From a virus (Duplodnaviria; Caudoviricetes): DNA of 45,810 bases. The position numbers and the translations under genes were made by a program. The stretch lies in the IMG/VR virus record IMGVR_UViG_3300033232_000051, positions 1 to 45,810 of that record; one strand, given 5' to 3'. This document shows positions 8,070 to 17,291 of this stretch, piece after piece. Each line of letters begins with the position of its first letter. Within the stretch, counting starts at the first letter, position 1. Under the pieces are notes generated by a model, which worked only from the letters and a program-made list of their open reading frames with translations, was not told where the DNA came from and made no database searches.

Positions 8070-10372
8070 ATTTCGTCCCATTTTGTAACCTTGAGCACCT
8101 TATTGAGCGGAGTTATGATACGACCCCAATAATAAGCCTTGTCATAATCAGACCCCAACTCGTACTCTGCAACCGATATCGCCTCTATTCGTGGCTTGGT
8201 GGACTTGACAATATATTGTATATTGTCACCGACAAAGAACTCGTGACCCTGCGCAATCAAACGCTTGACCAGGACAATATGCGCCGGAATAGGCGCATAT
8301 CTTACCTCCCCGTCCTTGTTTATTTTGGGCGCGCCAGTCTTGCTGTCTATCATGGCTCGACCATACTCTCCTATAGGCTTGACAAAATTTTTGGTCATAA
8401 CTAAATGTCCTGAGTCTAACGTATTTGTCTTGATTTGCTCGGCAATTAACCGAACACCCCCTAGGAAAACGTCATAGTCAAACCGGTCATATAATATGTC
8501 CTCAATCATACCACGTTGCATGGTTGATGCCAGTGGATTAGTGTCCTTCCGAATACATTCCAGACCAGTTATACTCACCTTGAAATCACCAGTAGGAACA
8601 CCTGCACCGTCGACCAACTCCTCAATCGCTGCATAATTCTTCTTCATGATAGATATCATGCGATGGAACGTCTTCTCCCATTCAAACACTATCATGTGTT
8701 CTCGGATACCCATCTCCTGAGCCCAGATATCAAACTGAACCTTGAGAGCATCCTCAAGAACCTTGTGGTCTGAGCCCTTAAACATGATACTATCTGTGTC
8801 TCCCTGCACCACAACATATCCCATACCCTCAGCAAAGTGTCGTGACCGATTTATTATCTCCCTCGCAAACTGCGTCACAGCAGATGCAACATCAAAGTTA
8901 TACCACCGAAAATTGACAAACGCCAAAGCACCATACAAGGAGTTAGCAATGGTTTTAATTGCTTTCTCGTACAGTTGCATCTCTCGGAACCTATCTGGGT
9001 CGGATTTAATATACTGAAACTTATCATATTTAACCTTGTCACGCTCCAAGATTAACCCACGTGCCACATCGGACACTACACCCTGAATATTATTTGAGAA
9101 ATACTTCTCCCCAGATTCAACCATCTCCCCAGACCTGTACAGACTATTTGCTGGGATTACCACACACCCAGGTTCACGCCGGGATAACAATGTCGTACTA
9201 CAGATGTTACACATTGCAATCGTACTCGGATAAAATGACTTGAAATCCAGTACAAACACATTATCATGAACCCCAGGATTATCACAAAATACCTCGGCAC
9301 CCAATATCTTCTCCTTACGTCTCTCGGCAGATTCGTCAATGGTAGGTTTGCTGGGTGATATGACACCTCGCTCCCGACACTTATTTAACACCATGTAATC
9401 ACAGACGTCTGAATTGTTCATGGTATCCTGAATCAAACAATGAGCAATCTGTGCAGCTTTTTTATGTAGCCCAAACATATTTAGTTTCTGTTCCAACTGG
9501 AACATCAACTCAACGTCCTGTTCATTGTATTTCTGAAGTAATGTATCCCCGCTGAATGACTCCACCCAGGCTCGGAATATATTCCCATTCCCTGCAGTTA
9601 TACCGCCCAGTTTTCCCATATTAAGTATTTCTCGGCACACGTTATCCAGCGAATAACTCGGCAACCCCAGGACGTTCTTTTTAATTATCTCCATGTAATC
9701 CATTTTATTAATGTAATCCAGGAACAACACCGATATGTTATGTAACTCACAACGTTGGCGGATGTAGGCATCATCAAACTTCTTTCCATTCCAGGCGGAA
9801 CAAATGTCGTACTGCTCAATTACCTTTTTGTGTAACAGTAACAGGTCACACTCACCAGAATATATATCGTCCAGGTTATTATTTTTCAAATACAAAACAT
9901 TCCCGTCACAGTCCTTGTATGCTATACACAATATAGGCTCTCTTGCAATGATAACCCCACGGTCGTCCGATTCAAACAAGCCATCGTCCTTGGTCTCTAT
10001 GTCATACATGACCCATTTCAAACCCTGCGACTCCAGGTCTAACCCAGGATTGCAGGTCAGGTATCTCTTGACCGCATTCACGTCACCCTCGTATACTGTG
10101 ATACCCGCATTCTCAAGACTCCACCGCAACAAACCACGGTCTGTATTGTTGTTCAGAAATAACCCAGTGTACCCAGGAAACACTTGACTGTCCGACACAT
10201 TAGAAATCCATTGATATGACTTCTCAGGTATCAAACCCACATCAGACTGGTGGATGAATATATAATTGTAAAATGGAACGCTCTCAAAATGTGTACCTTT
10301 ATCATCTCGAACCTTAACCCAAATAAAAGTCTCTTCCTCCTTAGCGCTGACTATAGTCCTCATATATCCCAC
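8054..10372 (-). CDS. polB: Family B DNA polymerase with 3'-5' exonuclease
   Basis: Exonuclease motifs DIET, NGKKFD, YNEQD; polymerase motifs DFKSFYPS, KTIANSLYG, QGDTDS, KKNY, GLECIRKD. Confidence 0.96.
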   Translation of the reverse strand: MGYMRTIVSAKEEETFIWVKVRDDKGTHFESVPFYNYIFIHQSDVGLIPEKSYQWISNVSDSQVFPGYTGLFLNNNTDRGLLRWSLENAGITVYEGDVNAVKRYLTCNPGLDLESQGLKWVMYDIETKDDGLFESDDRGVIIAREPILCIAYKDCDGNVLYLKNNNLDDIYSGECDLLLLHKKVIEQYDICSAWNGKKFDDAYIRQRCELHNISVLFLDYINKMDYMEIIKKNVLGLPSYSLDNVCREILNMGKLGGITAGNGNIFRAWVESFSGDTLLQKYNEQDVELMFQLEQKLNMFGLHKKAAQIAHCLIQDTMNNSDVCDYMVLNKCRERGVISPSKPTIDESAERRKEKILGAEVFCDNPGVHDNVFVLDFKSFYPSTIAMCNICSTTLLSRREPGCVVIPANSLYRSGEMVESGEKYFSNNIQGVVSDVARGLILERDKVKYDKFQYIKSDPDRFREMQLYEKAIKTIANSLYGALAFVNFRWYNFDVASAVTQFAREIINRSRHFAEGMGYVVVQGDTDSIMFKGSDHKVLEDALKVQFDIWAQEMGIREHMIVFEWEKTFHRMISIMKKNYAAIEELVDGAGVPTGDFKVSITGLECIRKDTNPLASTMQRGMIEDILYDRFDYDVFLGGVRLIAEQIKTNTLDSGHLVMTKNFVKPIGEYGRAMIDSKTGAPKINKDGEVRYAPIPAHIVLVKRLIAQGHEFFVGDNIQYIVKSTKPRIEAISVAEYELGSDYDKAYYWGRIITPLNKVLKVTKWDEIPKPL

Positions 10373-10671
10373 CCTTGTATCAAGTACACACCAGACCCAC
10401 CCAGACGTATCGTGTCCTCTTCAATGGTTTTTATATACTTTTTCAATTCATCGCAATATTTTTCAGAAGTGGTGAAATCACACCGACAATATATTGCGAC
10501 ACTTGTTACGTGGTCGTGTTTTTTAATGCGACACCTGGGTGCGTCGCATAGTTTACCATCGTGAGATGGTATAAATGGGTGTGGTATATCAAGCATGTCA
10601 ACCGCATAGAAATTGTTGTGCTCGCTCTTACCCAGATGTCTAACTGACTGTTCCTGGCGCATATACAACAC
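10360..10671 (-). CDS. Hypothetical Cys/His-containing protein
   Basis: Operon-coupled ORF between 10672..11169 and polB. Confidence 0.55.
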   Translation of the reverse strand: MLYMRQEQSVRHLGKSEHNNFYAVDMLDIPHPFIPSHDGKLCDAPRCRIKKHDHVTSVAIYCRCDFTTSEKYCDELKKYIKTIEEDTIRLGGSGVYLIQGWDI

Positions 10672-11169
10672 CTAAAAACCAACAATTTCATAGGACAATA
10701 ACTGTCCGATAATCTCGTCATATTTGTTTTGGTCGTCTGGATTGATATTGTCAATGACTTTTATTGGTACATTATAATTGTCTCGTGCGGTCATGATATC
10801 AAATATATATGACACTGCATCAGACAGTTTCAACCGAATGTAACCATTGAGAATAAATATACGCTCAAATATTGGCACATCCACAGAACAACCAGTCCGC
10901 TCCAGGGTGTATATATCGTTAGTGTCGCCACCGTGTATCATTTTTCTCATTATATTTTTGTATTTGGTCTCTGGATTTTGTTTGTCCTCAACCTTGATAT
11001 CGTAGCCAGTACCACGGTTCTCAATCATAATCCGCGTAACCCACTCCCCCAGGGTTCCGACCGCACCATCGGGTGTCGCTCTGAACTCTCGAAGTTCAAC
11101 CGGCATCTCATCTTCACCGGTTTTTATTCTATACAGTGTATATTTATTTTCGTTTTCCATTTTTTTCAT
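10672..11169 (-). CDS. Hypothetical protein
   Basis: First ORF after the promoter at 11205-11243. Confidence 0.7.
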   Translation of the reverse strand: MKKMENENKYTLYRIKTGEDEMPVELREFRATPDGAVGTLGEWVTRIMIENRGTGYDIKVEDKQNPETKYKNIMRKMIHGGDTNDIYTLERTGCSVDVPIFERIFILNGYIRLKLSDAVSYIFDIMTARDNYNVPIKVIDNINPDDQNKYDEIIGQLLSYEIVGF

Positions 11170-11182
11170 CTCTTTTTTTTTT

Positions 11183-11243
11183 TTTACATACCTAAAAGGT
11201 ATGTAAATATATAATGTATTATATAATATATAAAGGTTGTGGT
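11183..11243 (-). promoter_or_regulatory. TATA promoter plus 5'-leader hairpin (TTTACATACC-TTTTA-GGTATGTAAA)
   Basis: TTTATATA at 11227-11234; 10-bp stem at 11183-11207, repeated at 13923-13945. Confidence 0.7.
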
Positions 11244-11260
11244 TTAAACAACATCAGACA

Positions 11261-13321
11261 TCAGACATCATATCCCTGACTCATCAGTGCCACTTTTCGT
11301 GCCTTGGTGTGCTCACGCAGAACCTTATGAGTGTCCTCAAAATCGTAATAGAACGCCCCCACTTTACCGGGTATCTTACGTAAGACCCTGCCCAGGCACT
11401 GAACCGTCTTTATACTCCCCAAATTAGCGCTGTAATTGACCAGGACGTCAAGGTTAGGTATATTAACACCCTTCTGGATGACACCACTCGTTGAAATTAA
11501 TATGTTACCTGTTGAACTTTTAATCGTGTTTAATATATCTTCTCTATCTTTCTTTTTGGTTGTGCCGGTAATCACATAAGCATTGTCTATCATACCACTA
11601 ATGATATCAACATGCTCCAATCTATCAACCATTATTAATATATTATCTTTCTTATGTTTAATTGTTATCCCACGCAACAATTCCATCCTGGAATCAGACT
11701 GTAGCACCTGCTCATATACCTCATGGTAATCACCATTCACAATGAACTGTATATTATACTTCAGAAACTTAATTTCAGGACGCACCAAATACCCGGCATT
11801 AATCAAGTCAATCGCTCGTATCTTGAAATGTGGAACTCCAAATGACTTATATAACTCCAGGCTATCGTTACCGTCTGAGTACGCCGTGCCAGTTAGACCT
11901 ATCCTATACTCAGCACCTATCATACCCATTAGTTTCTGGTAACTCTTAGACCTGGCTGAATGCGCCTCGTCCACTATTACCACGTTACACTCGGATACTT
12001 TATTCAACCCAACCTTATCTTTAATCTTACACAATGTCTGGATGGATGCAATCGTGATGTCGTTCCAATCTTGCTTGCCCTCGGTCACAGTGCCCAGGTT
12101 ATCCAGGCCCAACTTTTTAAATTCGTTATAGGTCTGGGCAAGTAATATGTTCCTATCCACCACAAACAACGTTTTAAAACCCAGGCGTCTTATAATCTCT
12201 GCAGCAATTACAGTCTTCCCAGCACCAGTGCAAATTTCGGTGAAACTAATCTGGTCACCTATAATGTGGTTGATTGCATCCTCTTGATATGGTCGTGACT
12301 CAACACCAACCAAACATCGTGGTGTCTTTATCTGGTTTCTGGGCAACACCCTATTATCTGTCTCAGAAATTATCAACCTCAAACCTTTATGCTCCGCAAA
12401 CTGGTTCAGATACATGACCAACTCAGACTTAAGACCCAGGCTTGTTGTCTGGTTATGATACATCCGAATAATACCATCAAAACCCTTGACACCCCTGGTA
12501 TTTAGGTTTTTCATAACAAAATATTTGTTGTCTATCTCATAACTAAGTTGCTCTTCAACAATATCATTGAACTCATCTGGCATCTTAGTTTCAATCCGAA
12601 CCAGGTCATGGTCGTAGGACATATCAACCATCAAGAATTTATCATCGGTTATATTATCAACATAACATTTATTCTTATAACCACAAAAGAAACAACTTTT
12701 TAAGTTAGTTTTGTAAGACTCGGTCGTGGTTTTGGTGTTTTGATACGCAACCGTATCAAATATATGTTTTTCATACTCAACCAGGTCGGTCTCGCTGAAC
12801 ACAAAATCAATCACTTTCTGCGCCTTGGTATACACAACCATGGCCTTAGGTGGGATATAACCACAATGTTTCCAAACACCCCAACAATACCAGAGCAACT
12901 GTTCTCTGTACTGTTTCAACCCTTGGGTGTTAAACGTTGAAGTTTTCCAATCTAATATGCTTCCGTCTTCGAGGATTCCGTCTATGAGCATCTTAAATTT
13001 TAGTTTACCTTGTTGGAACAAGATAAGTTTTTCCTGTGACTTGAATTTGTAACCCAGGCTTCTTGCATAGTCCACCTGCACCCTGGCGGAATCAAGACTC
13101 ATGTCAGTATCATACATTTTATATTGCGCCCAGAGAGTATCCACAGACTCGCCAGTCTCAATGCACTTATGTACAATGTTTCCAAAATTCCCCCACTTAG
13201 ACTCAACAGAACCGCAGGGGTGTTTTAAAACCTTACCGTAGAAAAATCTACGCTCGCAAGATTTAAAGTCGTTGAATGAGCTAAAAGATAGGTTACCCAC
13301 CCAGGATAGTTTTGTTGACAT
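11261..13321 (-). CDS. Cas4/RecB-like PD-(D/E)XK nuclease fused to an SF2 (UvsW/XPB-like) helicase
   Basis: SFSSF..FKSC, GNIVH, IDG..ILDWKTS, QLLWY, CFFCGYKNKC; then RPYQ, TGAGKT, DEAH, GLTGT, GVNIP, QCLGRVLR. Confidence 0.9.
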   Translation of the reverse strand: MSTKLSWVGNLSFSSFNDFKSCERRFFYGKVLKHPCGSVESKWGNFGNIVHKCIETGESVDTLWAQYKMYDTDMSLDSARVQVDYARSLGYKFKSQEKLILFQQGKLKFKMLIDGILEDGSILDWKTSTFNTQGLKQYREQLLWYCWGVWKHCGYIPPKAMVVYTKAQKVIDFVFSETDLVEYEKHIFDTVAYQNTKTTTESYKTNLKSCFFCGYKNKCYVDNITDDKFLMVDMSYDHDLVRIETKMPDEFNDIVEEQLSYEIDNKYFVMKNLNTRGVKGFDGIIRMYHNQTTSLGLKSELVMYLNQFAEHKGLRLIISETDNRVLPRNQIKTPRCLVGVESRPYQEDAINHIIGDQISFTEICTGAGKTVIAAEIIRRLGFKTLFVVDRNILLAQTYNEFKKLGLDNLGTVTEGKQDWNDITIASIQTLCKIKDKVGLNKVSECNVVIVDEAHSARSKSYQKLMGMIGAEYRIGLTGTAYSDGNDSLELYKSFGVPHFKIRAIDLINAGYLVRPEIKFLKYNIQFIVNGDYHEVYEQVLQSDSRMELLRGITIKHKKDNILIMVDRLEHVDIISGMIDNAYVITGTTKKKDREDILNTIKSSTGNILISTSGVIQKGVNIPNLDVLVNYSANLGSIKTVQCLGRVLRKIPGKVGAFYYDFEDTHKVLREHTKARKVALMSQGYDV

Positions 13322-13352
13322 ATCAAATCACATAAAAAAAAAGGTTGTGGTC

Positions 13353-13907
13353 TTACAGACCTGCAACCGAATTATCGTCACCCACAATCTTAATTTTAAG
13401 ACTTGGAACTTCTAACACCCAGTTATGCCCAGCCGTGTCAGCACCACCTGCAACACGTTTGAATTTTACTGTCTGGTTTGCAAGTGTGAAATTGTTGTCC
13501 CTGCAATACCTAACCAGAGCATTCATCTTATAGACCAACTCCCAGTTTGATATCCTTATTCTGGACATTACCTGTTCAGACTCACCTTCGACCAGGTATT
13601 CACCAATTTCTTCCTTATTTTTATTCGTCAACCCTGAATAAAAACTCTTACCGTTGGTCTTATTAACAAAAGTCTTTCCCTCTTGTGTGTAATACCCACC
13701 AACACCAATCTTAAGTTCTGGTGTGCTCTCGCCAATGTCTGCCTTTTTAGGTAGATTAATCCAGTTTACGGTCTCCATTGTGGACTCGTCTATGACTTGT
13801 CTGCCAGACGTTACTGGTGCTTCTTGAACAGGTTCAACCCTGTCTTCAACTTTCTCGGTGTTCTTTGCGAACACGTTTATCTTTTTGTCGTTTATTTCGT
13901 TTCCCAT
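13353..13907 (-). CDS. Hypothetical replication-module protein (possibly ssDNA-binding)
   Basis: Between the primase-helicase and nuclease-helicase genes; beta-rich; GAGG SD. Function inferred from position only. Confidence 0.6.
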   Translation of the reverse strand: MGNEINDKKINVFAKNTEKVEDRVEPVQEAPVTSGRQVIDESTMETVNWINLPKKADIGESTPELKIGVGGYYTQEGKTFVNKTNGKSFYSGLTNKNKEEIGEYLVEGESEQVMSRIRISNWELVYKMNALVRYCRDNNFTLANQTVKFKRVAGGADTAGHNWVLEVPSLKIKIVGDDNSVAGL

Positions 13908-13922
13908 TTTTACAACCTCTTG

Positions 13923-13978
13923 TTACATACCTAAAAGGTATATAAATATATATTGTATTATATTTTTATAAGCTTATG
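13923..13978 (-). promoter_or_regulatory. Promoter plus 5'-leader hairpin
   Basis: Same 20-bp element and hairpin as 11183-11243. Confidence 0.65.
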
Positions 13979-13983
13979 CTTTC

Positions 13984-16092
13984 CTAACATAATACTTCTC
14001 TATCACTCGTTTCTTGTTTCTCGCCCTTGTATTTTATACCCTCAATGTATATACCAACCACAAAAACACCGTTTATCTTTTTTGTTGTGGTTTTCTTACT
14101 CAGCCCCTCTTGTTCCAGGACATCTATAAACTCTCGCTTGGACACCTTGCGCATTTTATTGTCCCTTAAAAACTTCTGATATTGGGTGTAAAAGTCAATA
14201 TACCCAACAAAACCGTTGACATCACTATCACAAAACCTGTCAATATATGCAGGTAGTGGATTTGATGCTTCAATGTATTTGTTCTTTGATTCTTCAATAC
14301 TCTTGTCCTCATTAGTAAATATACCAGTACCAATCAACCTTGGTAATATCTTGGTAATCTTAACCGCCAGGTTATTATATTCATGCGCTGGTATGGTTGC
14401 AAGAACATCTTTTTTTGATTTAAATTGGTTTGGGAAATCAATAATCTTCCAGCGCCTGTAATACCCATCCGATGTATCCCCAGAACTTGGTAATGAATTT
14501 GTAGCAATCAATATCTTTGCGTAATTTACCCCACTAATTGGTGTTTTATTCTTACTCTCAAAAGTAACATCATCTTGACCGCACAATCGTTTAAGCAGTC
14601 CAGTGTTTTTTATACTGTTGAAATTGGTCTCGCCCATTTTACAAACTAACTTTTTATATAACTTAGCGCACTCAAACCTGTTAGTGATAAGCGCCTCCAG
14701 GTCTGTGTCGGTTGTGTTGTGTTCACCCACAAAATGCTTAACTAACTGCAAGTATTTACTTTTTCCATTACTTCCAGACCCTATGAAACAAAAAATGTTG
14801 TGTATTGGGTAGTCCAGGACACAACAATATGCTATAATTTCATATAAGATGTCAACATAATCCTCACCCACCCAGTCCGTGAATAGTTTATCCATGACAG
14901 GCGTATCTGTGGACACACCCATACTATGTGGTATTGGATTAGTCATGAAATATGTGTGAGTTGCATCAAATATCCGCTCGGTCTCAAAGTCAAACACCTT
15001 ATCACCAAACTGTACCCAGGATTTATTAGGGTCTTTTGGTTTATTTTCTCTCCCCACCCACCGGAACGCCTCTAAGTAGTTACCTCTATGGTGCGACTTA
15101 ACCGCCTCACCGTCAAATTTTAGCGTCTCGTCTATAATACGCATCACCTCAACGTTATCAACCTGGATATATTTATATGAATTTTTATCCCAGAACCAAA
15201 AGTTCTGACCCATATCATAATAAAATGGTTGCGACTCGTAGAACTTCCTGACATTATACACATAATTTTTAATGTCAAGTGAATTGTTGGTGTTATATAA
15301 CACCTCAGAGATACCAGCGATCTCAAGTAATTTTTTCTTGGCCACCAAAAATGTGACCTTTTCATGTTCCATAATGAAATCAAACACCGTTCCACCCTTA
15401 CCACAATGAAAACAATGCCAGAGTCCTTTCTGGTCATCCCAGGAAAAGCACGACTTGGACTCACTATCGTGACCCAGCATGCACATGGTCGGTTGGCGCT
15501 TGATATCGTACCCAAATTTAGTCATTAAATCCGATAACTTGACCGCAGATTTAATCTCGTCATTTATATTATCCGTGTCCATGACGTGTTTGTATACCTT
15601 ATCTTCTGGGATAATGTCTCTCAGAATATATTTTATGTGTTCAATAGTAATATAAGAAATATCAACATCTTTCTCAACCTTATATTTGATACCAGATGGA
15701 TGCGTAGAGTTAGCACCGACCACTTGTCGTCCTGCACCCAGGATGTCCAGGATACTTGACCCCGTGCTTTTGTCGGCAATCTTCATATCCTCGTTATGGT
15801 CTGTTTGATAGTATAGGTGTATCTTCCCAGAACCAGTCCGAACCGTGAACGTCTCAGGAAACTTTTTGTAATATTTATTTATAATATCCTGCGAGTCAAA
15901 GTCAATCACAACATAACCCTCCTTGACAACAATCCCATAATTACCCCCCCAGGTGGTAATCTCCTCGTTGTCAAATGGTCTCAGAATAGTGTTCCAACTT
16001 TTCTCAGCTGGAATCTTAGTCCTTGGATTCAGTTTTATATAACTGAAATCATACTTTTTTAATTTGTCTGGAATTTCTACCATATTTTCCAT
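13984..16092 (-). CDS. Prim-Pol primase + CHC2-type zinc finger + D5-like SF3 helicase
   Basis: NYGIV, VIDFD, TGSGKIHLYY, ANSTHPSG; C.LGHD..WHCFHCGKGG; Walker A GSGSNGKS, IATN, YYRRW. Confidence 0.92.
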   Translation of the reverse strand: MENMVEIPDKLKKYDFSYIKLNPRTKIPAEKSWNTILRPFDNEEITTWGGNYGIVVKEGYVVIDFDSQDIINKYYKKFPETFTVRTGSGKIHLYYQTDHNEDMKIADKSTGSSILDILGAGRQVVGANSTHPSGIKYKVEKDVDISYITIEHIKYILRDIIPEDKVYKHVMDTDNINDEIKSAVKLSDLMTKFGYDIKRQPTMCMLGHDSESKSCFSWDDQKGLWHCFHCGKGGTVFDFIMEHEKVTFLVAKKKLLEIAGISEVLYNTNNSLDIKNYVYNVRKFYESQPFYYDMGQNFWFWDKNSYKYIQVDNVEVMRIIDETLKFDGEAVKSHHRGNYLEAFRWVGRENKPKDPNKSWVQFGDKVFDFETERIFDATHTYFMTNPIPHSMGVSTDTPVMDKLFTDWVGEDYVDILYEIIAYCCVLDYPIHNIFCFIGSGSNGKSKYLQLVKHFVGEHNTTDTDLEALITNRFECAKLYKKLVCKMGETNFNSIKNTGLLKRLCGQDDVTFESKNKTPISGVNYAKILIATNSLPSSGDTSDGYYRRWKIIDFPNQFKSKKDVLATIPAHEYNNLAVKITKILPRLIGTGIFTNEDKSIEESKNKYIEASNPLPAYIDRFCDSDVNGFVGYIDFYTQYQKFLRDNKMRKVSKREFIDVLEQEGLSKKTTTKKINGVFVVGIYIEGIKYKGEKQETSDREVLC

Positions 16093-16180
16093 CTCTTTTT
16101 TATATAAGATTTATAACAGTATTAATATAAGACACTCAAATTATATAAGTGTTGTGTTATTATATAATATAAATTAATAT

Positions 16181-16300
16181 TAATCTTATAATTATAAGAT
16201 TATATGATTTATACAGTGGTTTCTCACTTATTATATATATAATATATTCTCATATATAATAAGTGAGAAACCACTGTATAAATCATATAATCTTATAATT
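16181..16300. repeat. Long inverted repeat, copy 2 (perfect 49-bp arms 16190-16238/16252-16300, overlapping a 22-bp palindrome at 16181-16202)
   Basis: Direct reading; homologous to 6182-6286. Confidence 0.95.
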
Positions 16301-16335
16301 TTAAAGAAACAATAATAAAAAAAAAGAATTAGTTG

Positions 16336-16638
16336 TTATAATTTTTTTAAATCAGTTTTAATTTCAATCAATAAAGTTTGAATATTGGTGAGTTGCGTCT
16401 CGATTTTGGCTCGTCCAATGTCAGTCTCTGCTTGGCGCTTATTCAAATCTTCAATCTTGTTCATAAAGTCCGTGTGCGCCTCGCTCATTTTTGTGTATCG
16501 ATGCTCTAAAGATTTTTGTGAGTTCTCAATCTCTGCCTTCCAAGTAGTTAAAGCATAGGTCTGAGCCATAATAAAAAATATAACAGTAATCAGGGCAGCA
16601 ACACTAATGGTTATATTATTCTTTTCTATACCATCCAT
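16336..16638 (-). CDS. Membrane-anchored coiled-coil protein (holin/lysis-cassette-like)
   Basis: One N-terminal TM segment plus coiled coil; at the end of the late operon. Confidence 0.6.
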   Translation of the reverse strand: MDGIEKNNITISVAALITVIFFIMAQTYALTTWKAEIENSQKSLEHRYTKMSEAHTDFMNKIEDLNKRQAETDIGRAKIETQLTNIQTLLIEIKTDLKKL

Positions 16639-16641
16639 CGC

Positions 16642-16845
16642 CTACAACTCTCTCTGCTTCAAATAATATTCAAAAATAGCAATACCAGATTCTATTATTG
16701 AACCAGCCACAACACTTGCAACGCCTAGGTCTGTTACATAAAACATCAACATAGTTGCTACCATAGTGATTATGGTTTTCTTGCGCCCTTTTATCCAAGT
16801 TAGAATATTCCAACCCGTTAAAGACATTTTTGGTTTTTCACTCAT
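16642..16845 (-). CDS. Small membrane protein, holin-like
   Basis: KGRKK followed by two hydrophobic segments. Confidence 0.6.
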   Translation of the reverse strand: MSEKPKMSLTGWNILTWIKGRKKTIITMVATMLMFYVTDLGVASVVAGSIIESGIAIFEYYLKQREL

Positions 16846-16847
16846 AA

Positions 16848-17093
16848 TTAATTCACCTTTGTGCTTAAATAACCTATTCCTACACTAAGAATTATCAACC
16901 CAACACCAACCCACTCATGACCGAAAGTGTCGTTGATACCCCAGAGATACAGATGTTCCCCAAGTAAGAATGAGCCTGCGACTAAAAGTGCAGTTGCACC
17001 GACTCTAAGTCCGTAAGCGCCCTTAATCTTGCGCAATATGTAACCCTTAACATCTTGCAATCTCATATCAATTCGCCTTCTTTTTTTTATCAA
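16848..17093 (-). CDS. Small two-TM membrane protein
   Basis: Two hydrophobic helices. Confidence 0.6.
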   Translation of the reverse strand: MIKKRRRIDMRLQDVKGYILRKIKGAYGLRVGATALLVAGSFLLGEHLYLWGINDTFGHEWVGVGLIILSVGIGYLSTKVN

Positions 17094-17280
17094 TGTTGGT
17101 CTGAGTTATCAGGCCATAAGACAAAAGAACATCTTCAATTTCTGTATTGGTTGTGTCTTTTAGCTCTTCATCTGTATATCCAGGGCATCTGACAGACAAA
17201 ACTTTCTCAATATCAATTCTGTCAAAATTAGTTACACCGAACTTAATTGTATTTGCTTTTTGTAATTTGTCTTTCTTCAT
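17068..17280 (-). CDS. Hypothetical protein
   Basis: Operon-coupled ORF with GGTG SD. Confidence 0.6.
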   Translation of the reverse strand: MKKDKLQKANTIKFGVTNFDRIDIEKVLSVRCPGYTDEELKDTTNTEIEDVLLSYGLITQTNIDKKKKAN

Positions 17281-17291
17281 ATTATAACACC

